A DNA stretch of 47,947 nucleotides. It comes from an uncultured Ruminococcus sp. (GTDB lineage Bacteria; Bacillota; Clostridia; Oscillospirales; Ruminococcaceae). Position 1 is the stretch's first letter, and each line of letters begins with the position of its first letter. Location: the NCBI GenBank assembly GCA_964616605.1, contig CAZTRH010000005.1, positions 1 through 47,947 of the forward strand, in the 5' to 3' direction. A program made the translations under genes and the position numbers. This document shows, one piece after another, positions 37,025 to 46,997 of this stretch. The notes under the pieces were generated by a model that was not told where the DNA came from, ran no database searches, and saw only the letters and a program-made list of their open reading frames with translations.

Positions 37025-39154
37025 TTAATCTGTATCGGAAGAACTTGATGAATTTCCGATATCCATTGTCAACGTGGCAAAAATTATACTGTCTTTGTAC
37101 TTCTGGTTTTGTTTCGGAGGATCTGAGGAGAAATCGACTTCGATTTCAATATATTGCGCTTCTCTGTTCGTAGCTGTTGAACGCACGATTATAGAAAGCG
37201 TGTGTTTCTCACCCATCTTACCCTGCATATCATATTTGATGCTTCTTGCAGCAGTAAGGCTGATATCACGTTCCTCTGTATTTACAAGAACGCCGTCCTC
37301 ATAATACATAAATTCAAAACGTCCCTTTAAGCCGACAGGAAGTGCAAGGTTAATAGTAGATGTCACAACAGGAATTTCACCTGAACTTACCGTAAGCTCA
37401 ACTTCCGTGCTTCTGTCAACAAAAGTTCCTACTTCGATATTCTGACCGAGAACAAGACCCTTAGGCTGATCGCTTGAAACTTCCTTTGTAATTGGAATAA
37501 GGTGATACTCATTGCAAATCTCAATTGCTTCACTAAGCTGCATATCAGTAAGCTTCGGCATCTTCATTGAATTATTCTTAGGACCGATACTTACAACCAG
37601 AATTACAGTGCTTCCTTGTTCAGCCTGTTCATGAGCAGGAGGCGTTGTTCTTATTACATGACCCTTTGGAATGCTCTCGTCATAATCATAAGTCTTTGAA
37701 ACCAGAAAACCGTCCTTTTTAAGCTGCTGTTCAGCGGCAGAGTCGCTTCTGCTGGTGAAATCCTGAATTTCAACACGGCGAATACCCTTACTTACCTTAA
37801 CAGTAATCGTAGTACCCACCTTTACACGTCTGCCCTCAGGCTGATCCTGATGGAAAATCTCGTTTACTGTAACTTCACTCCATTCCTGCTGCGGAACAAG
37901 CGTCATAGGAGAGCCATCGCCGCCATACTGCGCCACAGCTTCGTCCCACGAAAGTCCGACAAGATTTGGCATAGCAAACTCACCGTCAGTAACAACAATG
38001 CCAGCAGTCTGCGAATAGCTTGAATCATTAACAGGTGTTTCAAATGCGTCAACAACAAGTTTTAACACAAGGAATACCGTTGCAATAACAAACGCAGCAC
38101 CAACCGCAAACAAAATCGGTATCAGAGGACTGCGGCGCTCGGCATACTCGTCCTCATCATCATAATAATCATCGTCGTCATAATCGTACTCATCAGCTTC
38201 ATATGTTTCTTCCTCTCGGACAGTTCTGCGCCGCTGCTGAGCTTCTTTCTCAACGACAGGATTAGGTCTGTCGGCATACTTGGGTGTGCCGTCAGTCGAA
38301 TTATATTTGTAATCAAAGACAATTCCCGGATTTTTCTTGAATTCCTCAAGGTCGTTTATCATCTCGCCGGCAGTCTGATAACGTGCAGCAGGATCTTTTT
38401 GCATTGCTCTGAGAACAATCTGCTCAAGACCCTCAGGGATTGTTTCGTTAATTTCGCTTGGTTTTCTGGGTACGCTCTGCATATGCTTCAAAGCGATTGC
38501 AACGGGCGTATCACCGTCGAACGGCTTTTTTCCCGTAAGCATCTCATAAAGTGCAACACCAACAGAATAGATATCACTGCGTTCATCTGTAATATCCCCC
38601 CTTGCCTGTTCAGGGCTGATGTAATGAACAGAACCTATTGTCTTTTCAGAAACAGTCTTGTTATTCTCACGGTTAAAGCGTGCAATTCCGAAATCCATCA
38701 CCTTGATAGTTCCGTCACGCAGCAGCATTACATTGGAACTTTTCACATCACGATGGACAATTCCTCTGTCATGTGCGTGCTGAAGCGCTCTTAGCACCTG
38801 CACCGTAAAGTGCAGAGCGTCGCGCCACTTAAGGACTCCCTGCTGTTCAATATAATCTGTAAGAGTAATGCCGTCAACATACTCCATCACGATAAACTGC
38901 ACCTTATCCGTAAACCCTACATCGTAAATCTTTACAATATTCGGGTGAGAAAGCAAAGCAATTGCCTTGCTCTCATTACGGAATCGGCGAAGAAATTCAT
39001 CGCTTCCCGCAAACTCTGTTTTAAGAATTTTGACAGCGACAATTCTATCTTCCTGAATATCTCTTGCACGATAGATGTCAGCCATGCCACCTACGCCTAT
39101 AAGCTCCAAAAGCTCATAGCGTCCATCAAGCCTTTTTCCGATATTATTATCCAT
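37025..39154 (-). CDS. pknB: PASTA-domain Ser/Thr kinase (PknB/PrkC/Stk1)
   Basis: GVGGMA, VAVK, HRDVK, DFG, SPE; one TM helix; three PASTA repeats. Confidence 0.97.
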   Translation of the reverse strand: MDNNIGKRLDGRYELLELIGVGGMADIYRARDIQEDRIVAVKILKTEFAGSDEFLRRFRNESKAIALLSHPNIVKIYDVGFTDKVQFIVMEYVDGITLTDYIEQQGVLKWRDALHFTVQVLRALQHAHDRGIVHRDVKSSNVMLLRDGTIKVMDFGIARFNRENNKTVSEKTIGSVHYISPEQARGDITDERSDIYSVGVALYEMLTGKKPFDGDTPVAIALKHMQSVPRKPSEINETIPEGLEQIVLRAMQKDPAARYQTAGEMINDLEEFKKNPGIVFDYKYNSTDGTPKYADRPNPVVEKEAQQRRRTVREEETYEADEYDYDDDDYYDDEDEYAERRSPLIPILFAVGAAFVIATVFLVLKLVVDAFETPVNDSSYSQTAGIVVTDGEFAMPNLVGLSWDEAVAQYGGDGSPMTLVPQQEWSEVTVNEIFHQDQPEGRRVKVGTTITVKVSKGIRRVEIQDFTSRSDSAAEQQLKKDGFLVSKTYDYDESIPKGHVIRTTPPAHEQAEQGSTVILVVSIGPKNNSMKMPKLTDMQLSEAIEICNEYHLIPITKEVSSDQPKGLVLGQNIEVGTFVDRSTEVELTVSSGEIPVVTSTINLALPVGLKGRFEFMYYEDGVLVNTEERDISLTAARSIKYDMQGKMGEKHTLSIIVRSTATNREAQYIEIEVDFSSDPPKQNQKYKDSIIFATLTMDIGNSSSSSDTD

Positions 39155-39253
39155 AAAACCGCCTTTTCCTCTGAAGTAAAAATAATTTCAACCATGCTGC
39201 AACAGTACATGGTAATCTGAAGTTATACAACAATTATAATTCATTCACTGTTT

Positions 39254-39282
39254 ATGATATCACATTTCGTCTGAAAAGTCAA
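39254..39282 (-). promoter_or_regulatory. Internal sigma-A promoter upstream of pknB
   Basis: Minus strand TTGACT-17 bp-TATCAT with extended -10 TG in the 203-bp stp-pknB gap. Confidence 0.65.
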
Positions 39283-39357
39283 GACGCTGTGCGGATAATT
39301 CATTTTTTCCAAACAAAAACCCTAATTCAGCTGTTTTTGTATTTGATGACAGTGTGA

Positions 39358-40098
39358 TTATTTGTTTACTATCAATGCCACAGACACATTATCCTTACCG
39401 CCGTTTCCATTAGCGTACCGAACAAGTTTTCCGCAGCAATCTTCCGGCTTGCTGTCAAAACATATATCAAGAATATCCATGTCATCTCCGTAAGACGAAA
39501 GTCCATCGCTACACATCAAAATCATCTCTCCCGCATTAAGCGAAAGTTCGAAATAATCAGGTACTACATTTTGCTCTGCACCAATTGCACGGGTGATCTT
39601 ATTGCGCTTCGGGTGAGTTTTTGCTTGTTCTTCAGTAATTTCTCCACGCTCGACAAGCTCCTGGACGTGCGAATGATCTTTGGTTATCTGTCGGATACAC
39701 TCGTCATCGCCATCTGTAAACAAATGATAAGCACGGGAATCACCGATATTAAGAATGTGCGCCACACCTTGCGCCACTATCGCAACAACGCAGGTAGTTC
39801 CCATAACCTCATGAACCTGAAGCTGTGAAGTATCCCAGACATTGGTATTTGCAGCCACAGCCGCAGTCACCATAAGATTTCGGATTGAGTTGCTTCCCAT
39901 GTTCTCATTAAAATTATTGAGTATACGCTCGGAAATCACCTTGCAGGCAATACTGCTTGCAAGTCCACCTTCACTCTCGCCGCCCATTCCATCACACAAA
40001 ACAGCAGCACAAGCGTTTGCGGAAATCATTTCTCCCCATACGCAGTCCTGATTTTCTGTTCGCTCAAGTCCGATATCGGTTTTACTAAAAATCTTCAA
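39358..40098 (-). CDS. stp: PP2C-type Ser/Thr phosphatase (Stp1/PrpC)
   Basis: RTENQD, CDGMGG, MGTT, GDSRAY, CSDGL, GGKDN. Confidence 0.96.
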   Translation of the reverse strand: MKIFSKTDIGLERTENQDCVWGEMISANACAAVLCDGMGGESEGGLASSIACKVISERILNNFNENMGSNSIRNLMVTAAVAANTNVWDTSQLQVHEVMGTTCVVAIVAQGVAHILNIGDSRAYHLFTDGDDECIRQITKDHSHVQELVERGEITEEQAKTHPKRNKITRAIGAEQNVVPDYFELSLNAGEMILMCSDGLSSYGDDMDILDICFDSKPEDCCGKLVRYANGNGGKDNVSVALIVNK

Positions 40099-40141
40099 AA
40101 TATCACAACCTTTAAATTAAAATGATGTCATTGAATATTTG

Positions 40142-41206
40142 TCAAACAATATGATTTTCACTTTGTTCGTTTTTTGAGTTATCACGCTTAAGACTGTCGC
40201 GGCGCAGCTGACCGCAAGCGGCGTTTATATCCGCGCCAAGCGTCCTGCGGATAGTAGCGTTCATGCCTGCATCGTTAAGACGCTTCTGAAAACGCTGCGC
40301 AAAACGGCTTTTCTTGAAATCACGCTCTGCTATCTCATTTATCGGAATAAGATTTATGTGGCAGTTCTTTTTCCCAAGCAGTGCAATAAGCTCGTCAGCC
40401 GACTTATCATCGTCATTCACACCCTCAATCAGCGAGTATTCAAAAGAGATACGTCTGCCTGTTGCTTTGAAATAATCATCGCACGCTTTCATAAGTGTAC
40501 TCAAATCAAACCGCCTGTTAATCGGCATGATTTCCGAACGCTTTTCGTTATTCGCAGCATGAAGTGAAACAGAAAGAGTAATTCCAAGTTTCATCTCAGC
40601 AAGTTTATATATCTTATCCACAACGCCGCACGTTGAAAGCGACAAATGCCGCAGGCTCATACCATCGCCGTCGGAATTAAGTATCTGAAGAAATTTTGTT
40701 ACATTATCAAAATTATCCAGAGGCTCGCCTATTCCCATCATAACGATGCTGTCAACGCGCCTTCCGCTGTCACGCTCAGTTTCGTAGATTTGTCCCAGCA
40801 ATTCAGACGGTTCAAGATTTCTCACCCAACCTGCAATTGTTGACGCACAGAACCTACAACCCATACGGCAGCCAACCTGTGAAGAAATGCACAAGCTGTT
40901 TCCGTGCTTGTATTCCATAAACACCGACTCCACAAACTCGCCATCTGGCAGTTCAAAAAGGTACTTCATCGTGTTGTCAAGTTCACTCTCAAGCTTCTTT
41001 TTAATTTTCAGAGTTTTTATGCAAAATTGTTCATCAAGCTTTTCACGAAAAGTCGCAGAAATATTACTCATCTGCGAAAACTCTTTTACTCTTTTAACGT
41101 GAAGCCAGTCGTAAATCTGGTTTGCACGGAATTTCTTTTCGCCCATTGCAAGAATACGCTCGCAAAGCTCTTCTCTCGTAAGCGACAATATATCTGTTTT
41201 CTCCAA
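40142..41206 (-). CDS. rlmN: 23S rRNA m2A2503 radical-SAM methyltransferase
   Basis: CISSQVGCRMGCRFC, MGIGEP, SLHA, INAACGQL; likely TTG start at 41206. Confidence 0.97.
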   Translation of the reverse strand: MEKTDILSLTREELCERILAMGEKKFRANQIYDWLHVKRVKEFSQMSNISATFREKLDEQFCIKTLKIKKKLESELDNTMKYLFELPDGEFVESVFMEYKHGNSLCISSQVGCRMGCRFCASTIAGWVRNLEPSELLGQIYETERDSGRRVDSIVMMGIGEPLDNFDNVTKFLQILNSDGDGMSLRHLSLSTCGVVDKIYKLAEMKLGITLSVSLHAANNEKRSEIMPINRRFDLSTLMKACDDYFKATGRRISFEYSLIEGVNDDDKSADELIALLGKKNCHINLIPINEIAERDFKKSRFAQRFQKRLNDAGMNATIRRTLGADINAACGQLRRDSLKRDNSKNEQSENHIV

Positions 41207-41255
41207 GCTCTGACCCCCTGATGATTTAAACAAATCATTTCAATGTGTACGAACG

Positions 41256-42578
41256 TTAATCCTTTATCCGTCTGAAGGATGCAGTGAAAAATCCGTCACC
41301 GCCGTCATCATCGGGAATATATGTTCGCATATAGCTGTTAGCTGCGCCCTCATAAGGCACAGGCTGAACAATCGGCGAAAATTCAGGGTGTTCTGCGGCA
41401 AAGGCAGTTACAACATCCTCATTCTCCGCTTTTGAAAGCGTACAAGTAGAATATACAAGCGTACCGCCTGTCTTTACATATCGGGCAGAAATCTCCAGAA
41501 TGTGCTTCTGCAGCTTCGGCAGTTCATCAAATTCGTGTTCGTCCTTGTATTTAATTTCCGGTTTTCTGCGAATTACTCCCAATCCCGAACACGGCACATC
41601 GCACATTACTCTGTCAGCAAGCGGAAGTTCTTCGTTGAATATAGTCGCATTATTTACACGAGGTTCTACAATGCCAAGACCCAGCCGCTCTGCTCCGCTT
41701 CTGATAAGTCCTACACGCTGTTCGTACAGATCCATTGAAATAACCTTACCGTGATTTCCCATTATCTCAGCCAGAGTAAAGCTTTTGCCACCGGGCGCAG
41801 CGCACACATCAAGTACAGTTTCATTAAGTATAGGTTTAAGCGTCAGACAACACAACTGGCTTGAAATATCCTGGACATGAAACAACCCTTCTTTAAAGGA
41901 TTGGAGCTGTTCAAGATTTCCAACTTCCTCAAGCCGAATGCAGAACGGTATTTTTTGGTAAACAGACGCTTTCACGCCCTCTTTTCGCAGCTGTGCCACA
42001 AGGCTTTCCTCATCGGTTTTTGTTGTGTTCACTCTTGCGAAAAGCGGAGGTGCGCCAAGTGACGCCTTAAGCGCTTTCACTGCATTTTCCTCACCATACT
42101 CGTTCATAAACTTCCCCGCTATCCATTCGGGACAGGAATATTCGATTGAAAGGCGCTTTACAGGTTCAAGATTGCTGTAATCCACGACTTTGCCATTTCT
42201 TATGAAATTTCTGAGCATAGCATTTACAAAACCCTGCGCTCCAAAAAGCTTATTTTTCTTGCAAAGCGCAACCGATTCGTTCACAGCTGCGCTGTCAGGC
42301 ACAGACGGCATATACAGCAGCTGGTATAATCCCATTCTAAGGATTTCCACTGCTTCGGGCTGAATTTTATTGAATGGCACTTTGCTGTTTTGCGAAATAA
42401 TATAATCAAGCGTCATCTTACGCTCAGTAACACCGTAAAACAGCGCCGAAGCAAAGGCTCTGTCACGAGTAGATAATCCTTGCTCGCAAAGCACGGAATT
42501 CAACAGAATATTGGAATATGAATTGCTGCTTTCCATCTTCAGCAATAGTTTCAATACAGTCAATCGAGCGTCAGCCAT
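41256..42578 (-). CDS. rsmB: 16S rRNA m5C967 methyltransferase (Sun)
   Basis: NusB-like N-terminus, DVCAAPGGKS, DVPCSGLG, YSTCT, DGFF. Confidence 0.97.
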   Translation of the reverse strand: MADARLTVLKLLLKMESSNSYSNILLNSVLCEQGLSTRDRAFASALFYGVTERKMTLDYIISQNSKVPFNKIQPEAVEILRMGLYQLLYMPSVPDSAAVNESVALCKKNKLFGAQGFVNAMLRNFIRNGKVVDYSNLEPVKRLSIEYSCPEWIAGKFMNEYGEENAVKALKASLGAPPLFARVNTTKTDEESLVAQLRKEGVKASVYQKIPFCIRLEEVGNLEQLQSFKEGLFHVQDISSQLCCLTLKPILNETVLDVCAAPGGKSFTLAEIMGNHGKVISMDLYEQRVGLIRSGAERLGLGIVEPRVNNATIFNEELPLADRVMCDVPCSGLGVIRRKPEIKYKDEHEFDELPKLQKHILEISARYVKTGGTLVYSTCTLSKAENEDVVTAFAAEHPEFSPIVQPVPYEGAANSYMRTYIPDDDGGDGFFTASFRRIKD

Positions 42579-42625
42579 TATAAATCCTTTCGTTTAAACA
42601 CAATACCTTTGCTAAAATTCATTTT

Positions 42626-43564
42626 TCACTCGCCAAGCAAAGTCCCACGAGTTATTTTTTTCCCTCTGAGGAATGCGTCAACAGTCATTCTCTTGCCGTT
42701 TTCAGGCTGAATTTCGGTAAATTCCACACATTCTCCGTCACCGCATACAACAGAGAAAATCTTTTCATCAGCAATCTTTCCAAAAGCACATTCCGAACGC
42801 ATTCCGTTCATCTTTGCACGGAACACTTTAAGCCGCTTTCCCTCAAGTAGTGTATATGCACACGGTACGTCCGCCATCGCACGGATAAAGTCGTATACCT
42901 CTTTTGCGGACTTTGAAAAGTCGATTTTAAGTTCTTCCTTCTTTATCATCTTTGCGTAAGATGACTCGCCCTCCTGCTTTGTATAAACAGCAGTGCCATT
43001 TTCAAGCTGAGAAAGCGCTTCAAGAAGCGTTTTTCCTCCACACACAGAAAGTACGTCCCATAACTCAGAACCCGTCATATCTTCAGGGATTTCCACTTCG
43101 CTTCTTACAATAACATCTCCTGTGTCAAGTCCCTCTTCCATTCGCATAATGCACACGCCCGACTTTGTTTCTCCATACTGAATACAACGTTGAATGGGTG
43201 CTGCTCCCCTGTACTTCGGCAAAAGAGATGCATGAACATTCACGCAGCCGTACTTAGGCAGCTCAAGTATCTCTTTTGGCAGAATTTGACCGTATGCTGC
43301 GACCACGATTACATCAGGGTTTATACTTTGCAGCTTCTGAAGTGATTTACAAGCGTCATCTCCGTTTCTGAGAGAAGTCGGCTGGCACACTTCAAAGCCT
43401 TTTTCAAGCGCATATTCTTTAACAGGGGTACACAGCAGCTGCTTTCCGCGATTTTTCGGCTTATCAGGCTGAGTAAAAACAGCGCATATTTCGTGACCTG
43501 CTTCAACTAATGCACGCAGACTCTCCTCCGCAAAATCGGGAGTTCCCATAAATACTATTCTCAT
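42626..43564 (-). CDS. fmt: Methionyl-tRNA formyltransferase
   Basis: FMGTPDFA, TQPDKP, NVHASLLPKYRGAAPI, LDTGD. Confidence 0.98.
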   Translation of the reverse strand: MRIVFMGTPDFAEESLRALVEAGHEICAVFTQPDKPKNRGKQLLCTPVKEYALEKGFEVCQPTSLRNGDDACKSLQKLQSINPDVIVVAAYGQILPKEILELPKYGCVNVHASLLPKYRGAAPIQRCIQYGETKSGVCIMRMEEGLDTGDVIVRSEVEIPEDMTGSELWDVLSVCGGKTLLEALSQLENGTAVYTKQEGESSYAKMIKKEELKIDFSKSAKEVYDFIRAMADVPCAYTLLEGKRLKVFRAKMNGMRSECAFGKIADEKIFSVVCGDGECVEFTEIQPENGKRMTVDAFLRGKKITRGTLLGE

Positions 43565-44046
43565 TCAGTCACCCCATTTTCGCTTTCTTCATCTTCAACC
43601 CACTCAATCACTTTATCCTCAAAAAGTATTCCGTTAAGATGGTCTATTTCATGACAGAACGCTCTCGCAAGCAGTTCCTTTCCAACTAAACGGATACGTT
43701 TTCCATAGCGGTTATAAGCCTTGACGTGGACTCGCACAGGACGCTGAACAATGCCTTTTCGTCCATCGGCAGAAAGGCAGCCCTCCGGTTCAAACTGCTT
43801 ACCGCTAACAGAAGTTATAACAGGATTTACAAGTTCAATTCTTCCGTATCTGTCCTCGCCCGTTTCAATAACAACAACACGTTTCAGAACACCGATCTGG
43901 GGTGCAGCAAGACCTACTCCGTCTGCTTCCACCATCGTTTCGTACATATCGTCCAGAAGTTTCCCAAGTTCTTTGTCAAATGCGGTAACTTCTTCGCATC
44001 TTTCACGGAGAACAGGATTTCCGAATTTAAGGATTTCTCTTATCAT
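43561..44046 (-). CDS. def: Peptide deformylase (copy 2)
   Basis: GVGLAAPQ, EGCLS, HEIDH. Confidence 0.96.
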   Translation of the reverse strand: MIREILKFGNPVLRERCEEVTAFDKELGKLLDDMYETMVEADGVGLAAPQIGVLKRVVVIETGEDRYGRIELVNPVITSVSGKQFEPEGCLSADGRKGIVQRPVRVHVKAYNRYGKRIRLVGKELLARAFCHEIDHLNGILFEDKVIEWVEDEESENGVTE

Positions 44047-44054
44047 AAGCCGTA

Positions 44055-44519
44055 TTATCCTCGCTTTGCAATTTCCTTTTTCACTCTATCAGTAAACAGT
44101 ATTCCATCAAGATGATCTACTTCATGACACAAAGCCCGTGCCATAAGTCCGTCGCCCGATATTGTAAATTCGTTGCCATGTCTGTCCTGTGCCTTTACTA
44201 CAACATGGGCAGGACGCTCAACTGCGGACCATTCACCGGGAGCCGAAAGGCAGCCTTCATTGCCGTTCTGCACACCCGAAGTTTCTATTATTTCAGGATT
44301 TATAAGTTCCACGGTGCCTTTCTTATCACGAATATCAACAACGACAACACGGCGCAGCACGCCCACCTGCGGTGCGGCAAGACCCACACCCTCCGAACTG
44401 CGGAGCGTTTCAGTCATATCGTCAAGCAACGAGCCGAGTCTATCGTCAAACGCAGTTACTGTTCTGCATTTTTTTCTAAGAACGTCATTCCCGAATTTTA
44501 TTATTTCTCTGAGTGCCAT
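44055..44519 (-). CDS. def: Peptide deformylase (copy 1)
   Basis: GVGLAAPQ, EGCLS, HEVDH. Confidence 0.96.
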   Translation of the reverse strand: MALREIIKFGNDVLRKKCRTVTAFDDRLGSLLDDMTETLRSSEGVGLAAPQVGVLRRVVVVDIRDKKGTVELINPEIIETSGVQNGNEGCLSAPGEWSAVERPAHVVVKAQDRHGNEFTISGDGLMARALCHEVDHLDGILFTDRVKKEIAKRG

Positions 44520-44567
44520 TTGTAATCTCCTTCTTATCTTCCTTTACCAAGGAATAATCAATACTTA

Positions 44568-46997
44568 TCATTCTATATTTCCATTTATATCCAGATAAAA
44601 AGTCACATCTATAAAATCTTTATCGGCATAAGCAGCTTTAAGCGTTTGTTCTGCAACGCTGCGGAATGCCATATTATTTTTGCATTTTATCAAAAGCGAA
44701 TAGCGAAATCTTCCGTTCACTCTGCCAACGTGTGCCGCCGCAGGACCCAGAATCCGCATAGGAACCTGCGCTCCATAAGGCTTTGCAAACTCAATCAGAA
44801 GATTGGCAAATTTATTCGCAGCGTTCCTGCACCTGTCTTCATCGGGCGAAGAAAATCCTGCTGCCGCAGCGTCGCAAAAAGGCGGATAAAACTGCGCACG
44901 TCTTAGCTCAATTTCTTCGCTATAAAATGCAGGATAATCCTGTCTTGCCGCAAGATTTATAACAAAATGTTCGGGCGAGAATGTCTGGATCATCGCTCTG
45001 CCACGTTTTCCTGCACGACCTGCCCTGCCAACAACCTGCGTTATAAGCGAAAAAGTCCGCTCATACGCGCGGAAATCGGCAGAGTACAACAGATTATCCG
45101 TTTTCAGCACGCCGACCAGCGTTACATTCGGGAAATCCAAACCCTTTGCTATCATCTGCGTACCGATCATAATGTCATATTCACCGTTGGAAAAAGCTTT
45201 GAATGCTCTTTCAAACGAATGCTTTGTAGAAGTGGTATCTGCGTCCATGCGCAGTATTCTTGCTTTCGGGAACATCTCAGAAATTTCATCTTCAATAAGC
45301 TGAGTTCCCATTCCCTTCATATCGAAATATTTTCCGCCACATACAGGACAAACTCTGTCAATCGCACGAAAATACCCGCAGTAGTGACACATCACGCAGC
45401 CGTTTGCTCTGTGATACGTCAACGGAAGCGAGCAATTCGGACATTCAAGCGGCTTTCCGCATGCAATGCACCGAACACTTGTACGATAGCCACGCCTGTT
45501 CAACAGCAAAATCGACTGTTCACCACGCTTTAGATTTTCGTCCACTTCATTCAGCAGCGCCATAGAAAACGTTGACGTATTGCCATTTTTGCGTTCTTCC
45601 TGCATATCGACTATATAAACATCAGGCAGAACGGCATTATTGTAACGCTCATCAAGCTCGAACAATGAATACCGCCCCGTTTTCGCATAGTAGCAGCTTT
45701 CAAGCGACGGTGTAGCCGACGCCAGCAGCAGCAGCGAATTATGTGCAAAGCATCGTTGCTTTGCAACATCTCGTGCGTGGTACCGAGGAGTACTCTCCGA
45801 CTTGTACGAGCTTTCTCCTTCTTCGTCAATAACTATAATCCCAAGATTCGGAACAGGCGCAAACACTGCACTGCGTGTTCCCACAACAATTTTTGCGCGA
45901 CCTTCGCGTATCCGGCGGTACTCATCAGCGCGTTCCCCCACTGACAGAGAACTATGCATAATAGCAACCTGATTGCCGAAAAGCCGTCTGAATTTTCCCA
46001 CCATCTGGGGAGTAAGTGAAATTTCGGGAACCAGCATAATAGCGCATTTTCCCTGCTTTATTGACTCATTTATCAGTCGTATAAAAACCGAAGTCTTGCC
46101 GCTGCCCGTGACGCCACGCAGCAAAGCGCACTTCGGTTCGGGTGAATTCATAAGCTCCAGTATCCCATCATACACCTGCTGCTGTTTTTGCGAAAACACA
46201 ATTTTCTCGGGATTTTCAACGGCTTCTTCGTTTGTTTCAGTTCTGAAAACGACTCGCTCGAACTGCTCCAGAACGCCCTTTTCCACCAAGCGTTTCACCA
46301 CAGCGGAAGTCACTGCACAACTGTAACACACTTCCTGAACGGAAGCACATTCGCACTCAGTCAAAAAATCAACAACCGCTTTCTGCTTTGCCGTAGGCTT
46401 GTCGCCCTCTGCAAAATCTGCGCAGACTCTCACAATTCCAACACTTTCATTGCCGACTTTGCGTTTTGCGGTAATATCTTCGCTTACCGCTCCTTTTTTT
46501 GAAAGGCTGTCAATCATTTTTTGATTACCTGCTGCAACAGCTGCGAAAGTAGCCTTATCAGTTTTATCAGCGTTTTGCAGAACAGTCAGAAAACTCTGTT
46601 CTTCGGTTGTAAGTTCTCCGTCAAAATCCTTGCACAGCACATAAATTTTTTTGAGTGAATATCCAAGTCCCGGTGGCAGCACCGCACGAAAAGCGTCATA
46701 GTATGTGCAAAAAGTATTATCCCTGAGCCATACGCAAAGCCGCAGTAATTCATCGGATAAAACAGGACTGTCGTCAATTATAAAATCAATCGATTTAAGT
46801 TTTCTGTCGCCAATTTCATTATCGACAGAAAAAACAAGACCTATTCTTTTCTGATTTCCTCTTCCAAACGGCACAACCACACGGCAGCCCGCACGAAGCC
46901 TGTCCGCCAGTTCAGCAGGCACTGCGTACGAATACAGCATATCAAAAGCATACGCAGTGTTCTCAACAGCTACAGCAGCCGTTCTGACAAATCCCAT
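44568..46997 (-). CDS. priA: Primosomal protein N' (replication restart helicase)
   Basis: GVTGSGKT, VPEISLTPQ, GTRSA, SATPS, four CxxC pairs, GTQMIAKGLDF, QVVGRAGR; start 46997 or 47000. Confidence 0.97.
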   Translation of the reverse strand: MGFVRTAAVAVENTAYAFDMLYSYAVPAELADRLRAGCRVVVPFGRGNQKRIGLVFSVDNEIGDRKLKSIDFIIDDSPVLSDELLRLCVWLRDNTFCTYYDAFRAVLPPGLGYSLKKIYVLCKDFDGELTTEEQSFLTVLQNADKTDKATFAAVAAGNQKMIDSLSKKGAVSEDITAKRKVGNESVGIVRVCADFAEGDKPTAKQKAVVDFLTECECASVQEVCYSCAVTSAVVKRLVEKGVLEQFERVVFRTETNEEAVENPEKIVFSQKQQQVYDGILELMNSPEPKCALLRGVTGSGKTSVFIRLINESIKQGKCAIMLVPEISLTPQMVGKFRRLFGNQVAIMHSSLSVGERADEYRRIREGRAKIVVGTRSAVFAPVPNLGIIVIDEEGESSYKSESTPRYHARDVAKQRCFAHNSLLLLASATPSLESCYYAKTGRYSLFELDERYNNAVLPDVYIVDMQEERKNGNTSTFSMALLNEVDENLKRGEQSILLLNRRGYRTSVRCIACGKPLECPNCSLPLTYHRANGCVMCHYCGYFRAIDRVCPVCGGKYFDMKGMGTQLIEDEISEMFPKARILRMDADTTSTKHSFERAFKAFSNGEYDIMIGTQMIAKGLDFPNVTLVGVLKTDNLLYSADFRAYERTFSLITQVVGRAGRAGKRGRAMIQTFSPEHFVINLAARQDYPAFYSEEIELRRAQFYPPFCDAAAAGFSSPDEDRCRNAANKFANLLIEFAKPYGAQVPMRILGPAAAHVGRVNGRFRYSLLIKCKNNMAFRSVAEQTLKAAYADKDFIDVTFYLDINGNIE

